From Andalucia godoyi And28 (lineage: Eukaryota; Protista; Jakobida), in NCBI GenBank assembly GCA_009859145.1, contig VRVR01000005.1, forward strand, positions 75,917 through 139,916: a stretch of DNA of 64,000 nt, written 5' to 3'. The notes beneath the pieces were generated by a model. That model ran no database searches and was not told where the DNA came from. It worked only from the letters and a program-made list of their open reading frames with translations. The translations under genes and the position numbers were made by a program. Shown piece by piece: positions 10,114 to 21,466 of this stretch. The number at the start of each line of letters is the position of its first letter. Position 1 is the first letter of the stretch.

Positions 10114-13100
10114 ATGCCATTTTTGGGCGCAACGCAGTTCTTTTCGGGGCAACGATATTTGTCGTACGTTTCCACAGACCGCCCGTTTTACAAGCCAGGT
10201 GAAACCATCCGTGCGCGGTCTCTTTTTCTGGACGCGTTTTCACACAAGCCTTGTCTGAATGCTGCTTCCTCGGTTGGATTTGAGCACGACAAGGTGAAAT
10301 GGATCGTCAAGGGTCCGTCCGGCGCTGAGGTGTTCTCTGTTCGAAGCACAGAAAGCATGAAGTCAGCAGAAAACTCCACTGCAGCATTTGAATGGAAGAT
10401 CCCAGAAGACGCTGCTGGTGGAGTGCATGCTCTTTGGGTTCATCCGAATACAAATGGAGTGGCTGTCGGAGTTCGCCACTTTGAAGTTCGATCGACGTTT
10501 GTCCCTCCGCAGTTGTTTGTCACGACAACGTTTGTCAAGAAGGGATACGTCGCAGGCGACACTGTTCAGGCAGCGGTATCTGTGAAGCGCAAGTCTGGAG
10601 ATGCGCCAGCGAGACTTCGCGTTTCTCTTAATATTTGGGTCGATGGAAAATCCATACAAGCGCAGGAATTGGATGTCGAAGGCAACTCGTTTGTTGTTAC
10701 CGCACCTCTTCCTACGGACTTGTCTTCTGACAACGCGCTACTGACCTTGCAGATTTGGGACGAGCAAGGTGTCATGCAAAGCTCTTCTAAGTCCATTCCT
10801 ATTCTGCTCAAGAACATCTTGTTTTCCGTTGTTGCCGAGAGTGGAAGTCTCGTCGCTAGTCTTGAATCACATGTCTATTTTGAGGCAAAATCGCTGGCTC
10901 TCGAACCCCTGGATGTGACAGTTGGTGTGTTTTCCCAGGGAAACCAGCTGCTGGGCGAATTCTCCAGTGTGCACGAGGGCCGTGGAAAAGGATTGATCCG
11001 TGTTCCGGCTGGTATCACACAAGTGCTTGTGAAGGTTACCGGGCCCCAACACATTGATGCGTCTGCTGTGCTGCCGGTTCTAGCTTCCGGTTTCTGTATT
11101 CTGCACAAGGATGCGCAGACCAATGCGATAGCTGTGACCACGAACGAGGCCAGCAGCACGGACTACGAAGTGAAGGTGATGCAGAAAGAAAAGATTTTGC
11201 ACACGGTTGTGCTAGCCGCGTCAACCACAGAAGTGAAGCTGGACTCCATCGCAGAAGACGGAGTGTTGCAGATTGCAGTGTTCAAGAAGGGAGACGCAGA
11301 CCGTGCGATTGCGGAGCGGTTGGTGTACAAGAAACCAGCGCTTTGGGCGGAGGTGTCTGCGGCGCCGTCTGTTTCACAAGCCGCTCCTGGAGACGCTGCT
11401 CGAATTCGTCTCAAATCTTCGGTTGCTGACAAAGCCGCAGATACAATCTTTTTCGTGACGGTCGTCGACGACGCAGTACTGCAGTCCATCGAGGAGCGGA
11501 GGCGTCCTGTTCGTCTGCCAGGACAAGTCTTCTTTGAGAATGAAGTGGAGGATGAACTTTTCGACGGGAATGCATATGCGTCAGACGTTAACAAGGCAGA
11601 TCTCTTGGTCGGAGTCCAAGCTTGGAAACGCTTCTTGTTTGTCCACGACCCGCTGGCCAAGTTGCAGGAGGACGCTGATAAATGGTCGAGATTCCTCGCT
11701 GCGTGGTTCAAAGAGCCTCCACCACCGCCACCTCCGGTGATGATGATGAGAAATTTTGGAATGAGAGGAGGGATGCAGATGGCTGCTGCGCCTATGGCGT
11801 TCAACATGATGGCTATGCCTTGTGCTGCTCCTGTCCCATGCCCCCCTCCAGGTGTGGCTCTTTTTGATGCTGATGCTGATGATGATGATGATGATGCAGC
11901 CATGGAAGGGGCAGCGGACTTGCTCTTTGATCGCGTGGAGATGGCAGAGAACGATGCGGAACCGATGATGGAGAAGCGGGCGGAGATGCCGGTTGGGGGA
12001 ACGAAGGAAGACCGCCCAGCCCGCAGGGAAGAGGAGGAAGAGGCACCCAAGGAGGCTATGGCGCCGATGCGTCAAAAACGTCTGCTGAATGAGGCTTTCC
12101 TTCGACCGCGACCCGTGGAGCCTGCCGGCGTGTCGGTTCGTATGGCTCGAGAATTTTCGTTTACGAAGCGACCGAACTGGACTCCTGCGTTGCGACAAGA
12201 TTTCGCGCAGTGTGTGTATTGGTCGGCGGCAGTTCGCGGAAAGGAGGGTTCTGCAGAGATTTCCTTTGATTTAAGCGATTCGATTACTTCCTACCGCGTG
12301 ATTGTGGATGCAGTCACCGGAGAAGGGCATGTTGGATTCAGCGACCAGATGACGATCAATGTTGACAAGCCGTTCTCGGTTCAAGTGAAGGCTCCCGAGA
12401 GACTGATGGATGGGGATCGTGTGCAGGTGGATGTGACCATTCGGAACAGCTTGGCCGAAGATCTCCACACCCAATTGGAGCGTTCCGCAGATGGTGTCGG
12501 TTTAAAGCTGGTCAGTGAGCAAATGCCGGGCGCTGATTTGAAGATCTTGGCCCACGGCACGTCTTTTTCGCGTGTGCCCGTTTCCGCAAAAGCCGGGAAG
12601 GTGCCGCAGAATGGCCATGTGTTGGTTCAAGGCACAGCATCTTTTTCTGGAAATTCTCTCGCGGATGCTGAGAAGAGGTCGGTGGTTGTGGAGCCTAAGG
12701 GATTCCCCGTGAGCTATTCTCTCTCGGGAACAATGTCATCGCAAGAGAGCGTGGAATTTGAATGCGAAGGACCTGCTTCCGGACAATATTTGGAGAATAC
12801 CATGTTTGGCTCGCTTCGAATTCCCACTTCGGCTGCCTCTTCGCTTACGGATGCAGTCCAGGGGCTGATCCGAGAACCGTATGGCTGTTTTGAACAAACC
12901 TCGACGGTCATGTATCCGATGATCATGGCATTGTCGTACTTGAAATCGCACCCAGAGGTTGCAGAGAAATCGTCGAAGCTCTTCAGTGACGCTCTGCAAC
13001 ATATTTCCGCGGGTTACAAGAAACTTGTTGGGTACGAGTCGCCGAGTGGAGGCTTTGAATGGTTTGGAGGGGATCCGGGGCATGAGGCTCTTACCGCGTA

Positions 13101-14438
13101 CGGTCTTATGGAATTCATTGACTTGTCCAAAGTCTGGGACGGTGTCGACATGAAAATGGTTTCTCGGACGTTTGATTGGCTGATGAAAAGACGGAACGGC
13201 AAGGGTGCGTTTGAACGGAACAGTCGATCTCTCGATAATTTTGGAGCCGCTCCAGAGTACACCACTCATGCGTACATCATGTGGTCCCTAGGGCATTTGC
13301 TGAAGGTGAAGTCTGAGGCATCCTCTGTCATGTCGATTCAGTCCGCAGATTTTCAGATTGAGTTGCAAGAACTGAGGAAACACTGGTCGAATTCTGATGA
13401 TTCGTATTTCGTAGCCCTCAGTGGATTGATCTATCTCCAGTACTTGCCGTCGGACACGGAATCCATTCGGAAGTTTTCTGATCTGCTCGTCTCTCGGCAG
13501 TCAAAAGACAGTGGTGCTATCGAAGGCGGACGTGCAACCATTACGTCGAGTCGCGGGGAAAGCTTGCAAATCGAAACGAGTGCTCTGGCGGCATTGTTGT
13601 GGATCAATATGGTCAAAGAGAAAGTATCGACCACCGTTCATGAGCCGCTCAACAATGTAATCAAGTTCCTCTATTCATCGAATGACCACGGCTCCTTCTC
13701 GTCAACGCAGGGAACTCTGCTGTCTCTCAAAGCCATCGTCGAGTATGAAACGCTAGCAAAGCTTCGTATTCCTGAACCGGTATCGTTTGTTTTGTCTGTA
13801 GATGGGGATAGCACATTGATGAATCCCATCATACTGTCAGCGGAGACGTTCGAAGAAATGAAGGGAAAGTCGTTGACGCTGGAACTCCCGCAGGCTGTGC
13901 TGCAGAGACTGGCATCTCCTGGTGCGCATCGTGTCGCAATCCGTCCGAGTGGAGCCGTCAATCCAGACACCAAACTATCTGTTCCAGTGTCCATTGATAT
14001 CGACTATCGTGCGGCGGTAGCCCGAATTTCCACAACGGAATGCCCAGTTTCGCTGAACGTAGCGATGTCCCACAATGCAGTGGAAGTCGGAAAGTCTGTC
14101 GCGGTTTCTGTAGAAATCGGGAACCGCAATGCCTCCGAAGGCCAACCAATGACCATCGCAATCATTGGCATCCCGTTTGGCTCGTCCCACGATTCGACAA
14201 GCTGCGTGAGCTGAAGGACAGCGGACAGGTCGCATACTTTGAAACAACAATTCGGAATGAAGTGGTACTTTACTGGAGATTCATGGCTCCCGGCCAGGTG
14301 CGCAGAATCTCTTTCGACACGACTGCAGAGTACGTCGGCACATTTGCGGCGGTTCCGTCAAGAGCATATTTGTACTACTTCAAGGAAGCACAGTCCTGGC
14401 AATCCGGTCTTCACATCAATGTGAACCCGAAGGATTGA
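10114..14438 (+). CDS. Alpha-2-macroglobulin-like thioester protein (~1441 aa after correcting a 1-nt frameshift at ~14180)
   Basis: MG-domain motif YVSTDRPFYKPGE, A2M-domain motif SFDLSDSITSYRV, thioester motif EPYGCFEQT, GGFEWFG...HEALTAYG, and a C-terminal receptor-binding-like domain (LVPRFDKLRELK...EVVLYWRFMAPG...SRAYLYY) lying in a different frame (ORF 14040-14438). Start at 10114 (gaaATG) preferred; in-frame alternative at 10045. Confidence 0.9.
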
Positions 14439-14567
14439 GTTTTCAAAAGCTGTGTTTTGGTTTCCTTATTTTTTATGTGATTATGTTTTTTTGGTTTTGT
14501 TTTGTTTGTTTCTGTTTTTAAAAGAGCGGCACGACAGACGTCGAGATTCTGTTTCCACTTTTCGTAT

Positions 14568-17050
14568 TCATAAACGATCTGATGCTGCATCCGCTGCTGC
14601 TGTTGCTGAGACTGCATTTAGACGACGTAGCAGTTCTCCTCGGTATTCCGCTTCTATTTCGGCTTCACCAGCATCCAGAATGCTCAATGGCAAGCCAACC
14701 TGGCTTTCTGATAATGAAAGGGGCTTCAGGTCCATTTGCTGCTGTGGAGAATTACGAAGGGGAACAGGGGCCTCAGCAGTTGCTTGCTTGCCCTTGCGAC
14801 TCCGCTCGCGATCCCGTTTTTCATATTCTTCCTTTTCCCACTGATCCAGTCTTTTCTTGTCTTCTTCGAACTTCTTCGCGGCGTTCTTCCTTTCTTCTGC
14901 CACAGCATCCTGTTGCTTCCGCTTGAGAGCCAGCAGATCCGTTTTCGGCGATGCGATCTTCACTATCCTCCTGGGAGAACGGGGAAGCTCCGGTTCTTCT
15001 TCGCTTTCTGTTTCGCCATCGTCGTCGTCCGACATTTGCGAATTACCGGTCCAACGAGGGTCCAGTCGCTGCTGTTGGCCTAGACCCAGCCTGGAGGCTT
15101 CATCATTCCAGGAGTGCCGCAATAGACGGTACTCATCTCGCATTTCTCCATGGAGCATCGAAGACAGACCGCGCAGCGTCTCGAGGATGCCTTCAATCTC
15201 CGCCTCTCTTTTCGGCCAAATGGACTCGCATTTCTTCTGCAGTCCGGTGATTCGCTCGCCATGAAAACTCAAATCTCTTGAATTGGACTGCAGATGATGC
15301 ACCATGGGCTTGACTTGCATCACCCTTTGGCAAGAAATATACATTTCCTGGGCAGCACTCCGCAGCGTTTTCCAGTTGACACCTTGCTGAACATCGACCA
15401 CCGCAAACGTAAGATCCGCGGGAGCTTTGGCTGCAAACACATGCTTCCATTCAATGATTCGCAGAGGCCCGGCAGAACCGGGCTCGATAATCGCATGAAC
15501 CGAAGCGTCCCGCGGTACCGGGCCGAACGTGTTGCACCACATTCTAAATCGAGGAGCCGCTGCGGGAGAAACGGGGAACGTTCCATCTCCACTTGCCTCC
15601 CAGTGATCCATATCCTTCACGGATCTTTCGAGCTCTTCCAATGGGCCTCCATGTTCTCTCTTTCCCACGCGCTGCAACATCACAATCTGGTTCACTCCGC
15701 AAGCGATGGAGTCTGCTTTGATCCCCGGAACAAGTGATGGAACACACGCACCAGCCATATCAGACTCAACTTTTGCAGGATCTTGGTCTCCTAGAAGCGG
15801 TGATGACGATGATTTTTCCCGGTCCGATTTTTGATCTTCTCCAGCCGGAGACACGGACCCCAAAGAAGCATCAGAAGGATGGTGATCATCAAATAGCGTA
15901 AGTTTTGCAGTCATCTTCAGCGGTTCGTATTTTGGAGCTTCTGCGCCAAGTGTGACATTCATTCCCCAAAAGTACAAACTGCCATCTTCCATTCGCAGCG
16001 CAGAGTGGTTACCGCCTGCATAGATCGAATGCACGGCACACAAGCACTCGTTTTCCATCCTGGAAACATCGACAGCCTCAAACGATGCGCGTTCGTCTGT
16101 GTCGCCGAGCCCAAGTTGGCCATAGGTTGAGCACCCAGCAGCATGCACTTCGCACAAGTCTGTAAGAATCAGCGTATGAAACGCGCCAGCTGCAACCTGG
16201 ATTACCTTTCCACGAAGCGAGGCAACTGCTTTTGGCCGGTCCACGTGCTCGAATTCACCGTGTCCAAGCTGGCCCCAGCCTCCGTATCCCCAGCTGTAAA
16301 GAACACCGGACTCGTCCACCGCAAGAGAGTGATGCGCACCACAGCAAATGGCGACGATGCGTATCCGCTCAAGGCCCCCAACTGGAGCCACCCAGAACGG
16401 ATCCGTTGTCTCGCGTCCGAGCTGTCCATACTCGTTGGACGATCCAAACGACAAGACCTCTCCAGACGCTGAAATCAATCAATTCATTAATCAATTCATT
16501 AATCAATCATTAGACAAATAAGTACACGGTGTCAACTTCAAATATGTACAGAACGCACCAAAGGATCGACCCATGGATGGGCGTACCATCGTGTGTGCGT
16601 CACAAAGTGCAAGGCCGGCGGAGAATTGGAGGAAAATAACGGGTGGAAATCATACTTGTAAGGACCAAAGAATGATCGAATCCGGATGAAATGTACGAAA
16701 CGCGATTCGCAAGCTCGGTGGCATGATGCCAGGATTCTGAATCATACGACTTGTAATACAGATTGTGATCCGCTAAGTTTAAAAATGAAAGAAATCGCAC
16801 ACAATCAGGGTTAACCAAGTGAGCAATTGAGCAAGCGAGCAAGCGAAGAAGACATCCAGAATTCGATAGGCGCACAGCACCGCAAAATGTAACAAATGAT
16901 GATGTGGAAATGGATGAACATACAAGTCACTGCGAAGACCGCATTGTTTGTCGAGGAAACTTGGATTATGGACAAAAGAGACGATATTGGTGGCAATGAT
17001 GAGTAATGCTTTGGATCTGCAAAACAAATCACTCTTTCTTCAATAGGCAT
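14568..17050 (-). CDS. RCC1-repeat protein with C-terminal coiled coil; exons 17050-16924, 16772-16656, 16468-14568 (714 aa)
   Basis: RCC1 repeats (ICCGAHHSLAV, YSWGYGGWGQLG, VAAGAFHTLIL). Two phase-1 GT-AG introns (16923-16773 GTATGT, 16655-16469 GTATGA) join the frame without stops and complete another repeat (ISSGFDHSLVLT|TSGEVLSFG). Confidence 0.85.
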
Positions 17051-17438
17051 TCTTCTACCTTGCTTTGATCTTTCCTGGTTCCCGAGACTGTGTCTACATG
17101 CACTTGTGTATCCATATGATTTTGACAAACTTTGACTGCGTTGTTGTTCGTATTTCGGCCTTTTGGAGTTTGAGGCAGAGAACGATGCGGCGGGGAAATC
17201 CCAAATTGGGCTGGATCGGAGGTTTTTATTTTTCAAATTAATGCTGCTTCTTTCTTCGAGGAAATGATGTTGGTTACAGCAGGAAACAAAAACAGGCAGA
17301 TCACAGATGCACCAATGCTTCCGGGAAGACGAGGCTGAGTTGGTGTGCTCAATGAAAAAGTGGTTCGGCAGAGTGCTTTTTTCTTAATTTAATTATTGGG
17401 AGAAGGGGGGATGGGAGAAGGGGGGAAGATGGTTGGGA

Positions 17439-18851
17439 TTACTGAACAAGATATTTTCCATTTTGTTTTGCAACGATATGAAGAGGAACAGAAGCACCGT
17501 TTTTGAGAGCTTCATCGAGCGCGAGAGCAATGAGCTTCTGTTCTTGTGGATTGTCAACGATGCCTTCGCCGTACGCAGAAACTAGAGGAGATACTTCGAC
17601 ATCGATGTCCGTGGCGCACCACTTCTTATGCAGATTAAGGACAAGTCTTTTTGCGGTATCCGGAGTATCATTGTCTGCGCCTCTCTTGTTTTTCACTGGC
17701 GCAAACTCTTCTGCTCGGCTCACCTCAAACAGCCGAGGAGTGTTTGCGTACGGGAAGACATCAAAGATGAACGCTTCCAGCTTGATTCCCTCAACTTTTC
17801 CATCCACAGAGTCGATCTGCTTGACGGCCACGTGGTATCGCACATCGGAACCCTTCATCAGGGAAATTGCACGCTCCATGAAGGGTACCGAGAAGTAGTG
17901 AACAGCAATGTTGCCGTGACCAAAGTTTGGAGAGTGGGCCTTATCGGCTGGAAGCTCCGAATACTCCACTGTGTGCAGTTTTCCATCCAATTCTGCAAAC
18001 ATTCCAACACGTTCACCAGGATAGGCCTTTGCTACCATCTTTGCCGCACAGTCCGAGTTTGACTCGATGCAGAACCCTGCAAACAATGGATCCGCCATTC
18101 GAATCTGCACATTGTCGACAGAATAGATGATTGCGCCAAGCAGTCCGCGACGCTTCATGTCGTCCATTATTCCTTCTTTTTCCAGAGCAGGAAAGATTCC
18201 TCCGTTTCCGTTCGGTGCAACCTGGACGTGTCCTTTGGACGCCATGATAATCTTCCCGTCCTTTGTGAAAGCGGGAAGCGAACCTTGCATGAAGAACAAC
18301 ACGTTCTTTTCATCAAGACCAAAAAAGTTCTTTTCACGGAAAAAGTTCACAGTGTCAGAGTGCGTGAACTGAGAAGTCATGATGTACCACGGGATCGGGT
18401 TGTTCGACTTGGACTGCATTTTCAAGATTCGCTCTGCATGCAGTTGGAACAGGGATTTGCGAGACGGAAGCTCGACATCAAACATTCCTTTTGGAAGATT
18501 GAACCCAAGGCGGGTTCCTTGGCCTCCCGCAAGCAAGATCATGCCGATTTTGCCATTCTCGACCGCAGAAAGACCACTTCGAAGCCACTTTTCACGATCA
18601 GCATTGGACGACTTCGACGGAATCGATGATGCAAACCAGGACGAAGGGCACGGCCCAAGTTTTTCAAAGTTGAACTGCGCAGACTCTTCTTGCGACTGCT
18701 TGTAAAGACGCGAAAGATCTGACAGATCAATCAAAGACAGCTCAGATAACAAGTCATTCTGCTCGGTTTTCGACAAGGAATCCCAATGCGCAAAGACATG
18801 CTCTTGGTTGGCAGCTGCAAACTTTGCACGGATTTCAGATTCCATTACCAT
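17439..18851 (-). CDS. UAP1: UDP-N-acetylglucosamine pyrophosphorylase
   Basis: LLAGGQGTRLG, PKG, APNGNGG, VEYSE, GIKLEAFIFDVF, EEFAPVKN motifs; 470 aa. Confidence 0.96.
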   Translation of the reverse strand: MVMESEIRAKFAAANQEHVFAHWDSLSKTEQNDLLSELSLIDLSDLSRLYKQSQEESAQFNFEKLGPCPSSWFASSIPSKSSNADREKWLRSGLSAVENGKIGMILLAGGQGTRLGFNLPKGMFDVELPSRKSLFQLHAERILKMQSKSNNPIPWYIMTSQFTHSDTVNFFREKNFFGLDEKNVLFFMQGSLPAFTKDGKIIMASKGHVQVAPNGNGGIFPALEKEGIMDDMKRRGLLGAIIYSVDNVQIRMADPLFAGFCIESNSDCAAKMVAKAYPGERVGMFAELDGKLHTVEYSELPADKAHSPNFGHGNIAVHYFSVPFMERAISLMKGSDVRYHVAVKQIDSVDGKVEGIKLEAFIFDVFPYANTPRLFEVSRAEEFAPVKNKRGADNDTPDTAKRLVLNLHKKWCATDIDVEVSPLVSAYGEGIVDNPQEQKLIALALDEALKNGASVPLHIVAKQNGKYLVQ

Positions 18852-19279
18852 TCCTTTCTATTTTTCTGTTTTGAAGGAGGGGGGGAGGGGCAAGTGTTTG
18901 CTTCAAAAAAACGAGTATCGCTGGACAACAAACGTTCACTTGAATCTCTCAAACTCTCAGATTTCTCATACAAAAGAGAAACGAAATGAAACGAAAGAGG
19001 AAACAAAAGAGGAAACAAAAGAAGACGACGGAATGAAAAGGCAGCGATTTGTTTGGATCGTTATAAAATATAAAATATAATTAATAAGAAAGAGTGGAGG
19101 ACGTGCAAGTTGAGTACCGCCAGGTCGAACTTGAAGTCGGCCAAAAGAGGAAGAAAGAAAAAAGACCCGACATGAATGACATGAATGACATGACATGACA
19201 TGGAAGAAGTCAAAAAGAGAAAAAGGGAGTCGCTTAACAAAGGACTCATTAGATCAGTCGGACAATTACAGAGGGGGAC

Positions 19280-19368
19280 TCTAGGGTTGTACTCGTAACC
19301 CTGGATCTCAATGCACTGAGGGCTTTTTCGGATCATCATCGTCATTCATCATCATTCAGATTCACGTG
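19280..19368. promoter_or_regulatory. Inverted telomere-like palindrome plus E-box upstream of RPS27 (divergent UAP1/RPS27 spacer)
   Basis: TCTAGGGTTG-TACTCG-TAACCCTGGA at 19280-19305 and TCACGTG at 19362-19368, ~70 nt before the RPS27 ATG. Function is inferred. Confidence 0.4.
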
Positions 19369-19436
19369 TTTTTCTCTTGATTTCGTGTCATTTTTCTTGG
19401 AGAGATCTTTCCTTGGCATATTCCTGGTTGCGCGAA

Positions 19437-20067
19437 ATGGTATGTACTCGTTTCTGCTCTAGAAAGGGGAACGGGAAGCGGGGGGTGGTGTTCAGACGGA
19501 AACTGGCGAATGGGAGGGAAGTCGTAGAAGGATGAAGGGGGGGTGGTGGTTCTTCATGGCTTGGACTGGTTGTCGTCGCCTGTGTTGAACGAATGTGAAT
19601 TTCATGTTTGATAAACGCGAATCTGTCCTCCTTCTTCGTCATCGTCGTCGTCTTTGGTCCTCTCTTTGCTTTTTTTCCGTCAGTTGGTCCCCATTTCTGT
19701 TTCTCTTTTCCTTTTCCTTTTCCTTTTCCTTTTCCTTTCTTCTTCTTGTCATTTGTTTTGTTTTCTTCCTTTTGTGGAAATATCTTCCGTACTAATCATG
19801 GTTTCTTTGTCACAGACCTACCTTGACTCTGATCTCCGCTTCCCGTCGTCGACTGCTGAAGGCCGCAAGCACAAGCTGAAGCGCCTGGTCCAGTCGCCGA
19901 ACTCCTTCTTCATGGACGTTAAGTGCCCTGGATGCCTCGCCATTACCACTGTCTTCTCGCATGCACAGACCGTTGTCCTCTGCGGCAACTGCCAGACTGT
20001 TCTCTGCCGACCCACCGGTGGCAAGTGCCGTCTGACTGAGGGATGCTCCTTCCGCCGAAAGAATTAA
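19437..20067 (+). CDS. RPS27: 40S ribosomal protein S27 (eS27); exons 19437-19439 (ATG only) and 19816-20067 (84 aa)
   Basis: [23 protein letters not shown]...VLCGNC...[17 protein letters not shown]. Intron 19440-19815 with GTATGT donor, TACTAAT branch site and CAG acceptor directly after the start codon. Confidence 0.97.
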
Positions 20068-20380
20068 ACTTGAGTAAGCTAGAAACAGATTGTTATGGGC
20101 GGATGCGATTGTGGACGATTGCTGCATTGGGAATGAATTGTTTGCTGGTTGACGTAAAAGTCTCAATCGTGTCTCTTGAAATCCATCTCCATTGTCCTGT
20201 TTATTTCTCTCTGATTCGTTGCCGATTGCTTTTCTCTTTGTACACTCTTGGGCATTTCGATTGCTCGATGCGATAAAAAGAACCTCCTTGAATGGCGTTG
20301 TGTACGTCTTTTTATGTACAAGAATGAAAAACATCGTGTCATTTTTCACGCGCTAACATTTCCCTGAAGCCCGTTTGGAA

Positions 20381-21466
20381 CTAGGACGTAGAAGCACTGT
20401 TGGCGCTGGCGCTGGCGTTGGCGTTGGCACTGGCACTGGCAATGGCACCAATCCGATACTCGTCTTTTAGTCTCCAGCAGCCGTTGTCGGCGCCCGAAGC
20501 CTTGAGTTGCGTGGCGATCTCAACGAGCTGCGGTCGGATTGCTCCCGCTGTGGACTCGGTAAGGCTCATGAGCTCTGTCATGCGGTACAGCTCCTTTTTC
20601 CGGAACAAGTCAAACAGCTGCCCGCGAAGATCTTGATACTCCTGTGCAGTCCTAACGTTTCCAACCCGAGCCTGCGCCTCCTTCTTCTGCGCCAACCTGC
20701 GCTCGCCAGTCAGGCCAGCGACGATGGAGGCAACGTTATCAAGGTGTCCTGAAGTGTGGACTTCCTGAATGTATCTCGCGGTGTCATGCAACCTGGTTTC
20801 CGCGCGTTTCGGAAGCAGCTTTGCATTCTCTGTGGCAACATGTTTTGCAAAGTCCTCGGTCATGCGGGCCCGAGCAACGTATCGGTGTTGGATGCTACCG
20901 ACAACCTTTGATTTGACCGTCCCTTCAACAGGCGGAAGAAGCACGTACATTTCTGTCGTGGAAGCTTGCTCAATGACATCGGACGTGCGAGGGACTCCAG
21001 GAAATCCTGGAACGACCATGTGGACTTCACGAATGTCCTTCAGCTCGGTTCCCAGCATGTCTGAACGCAACACCCGTCTCTTTACATTTCTGAACCGAAT
21101 GCGACCAAGCTCAATCGCAGACGTGGAGCCAGAAAAGAGCTCGTCGTCCAGTTTCGCAGATGCCTCCTCGAGCTTGGTCCGCCAGGCAGAGTAGAGAGAA
21201 GGCGGCAACTTCATGCTCCACAGAGCTTTTTTCCCACCAGTCTCTAGAACAGAGCGCTTATACTCACCATACTGCGTTCGAAACCGCTTGATTCCATCCG
21301 GCAGGTTTCCAGTCGACTCTTCGCCCTCCATCGGATTCATAAACACCACCGTTCTAGAAGACGACCCTGACCCTGACCCTGACCCTGATGCCGATGCCGA
21401 TGCCGATGCCGATGCCGATGCTTGGCGCAGAGGATGTGCATTGGACGGTTCATCATCTTTTTCCAT
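20381..21466 (-). CDS. GTF2F2: Transcription initiation factor IIF beta subunit (RAP30/Tfg2)
   Basis: N-terminal ALWSMKLPPSLYSAW (cf. VWLVKVPKYL..W) and C-terminal winged helix LFDLFRKKELYRMTEL...GCWRLKDEYR; SA/SG low-complexity ends; 361 aa from ATG 21466. Confidence 0.82.
   Translation of the reverse strand: MEKDDEPSNAHPLRQASASASASASASGSGSGSGSSSRTVVFMNPMEGEESTGNLPDGIKRFRTQYGEYKRSVLETGGKKALWSMKLPPSLYSAWRTKLEEASAKLDDELFSGSTSAIELGRIRFRNVKRRVLRSDMLGTELKDIREVHMVVPGFPGVPRTSDVIEQASTTEMYVLLPPVEGTVKSKVVGSIQHRYVARARMTEDFAKHVATENAKLLPKRAETRLHDTARYIQEVHTSGHLDNVASIVAGLTGERRLAQKKEAQARVGNVRTAQEYQDLRGQLFDLFRKKELYRMTELMSLTESTAGAIRPQLVEIATQLKASGADNGCWRLKDEYRIGAIASASANANASASANSASTS

Noticed and set aside
14170-14185. 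Programmed -1 ribosomal frameshift at C CCG TTT
   Set aside because: Not a valid slippery heptamer (A-site re-pairing fails) and it would put Trp where Gly is expected.
19242-19271. Bipartite complementarity (ACTCATT and CAATTACA) to a conserved 18S rRNA segment, as in an H/ACA pocket
   Set aside because: Only 12 nt separate the halves with no real upper stem, no H/ACA boxes, and a 7+8 nt split match is expected by chance.
19296-19302. TAACCCT as a telomerase RNA template
   Set aside because: Only 7 nt of template-like sequence, sequestered in a stem; no other telomerase RNA features recognisable.
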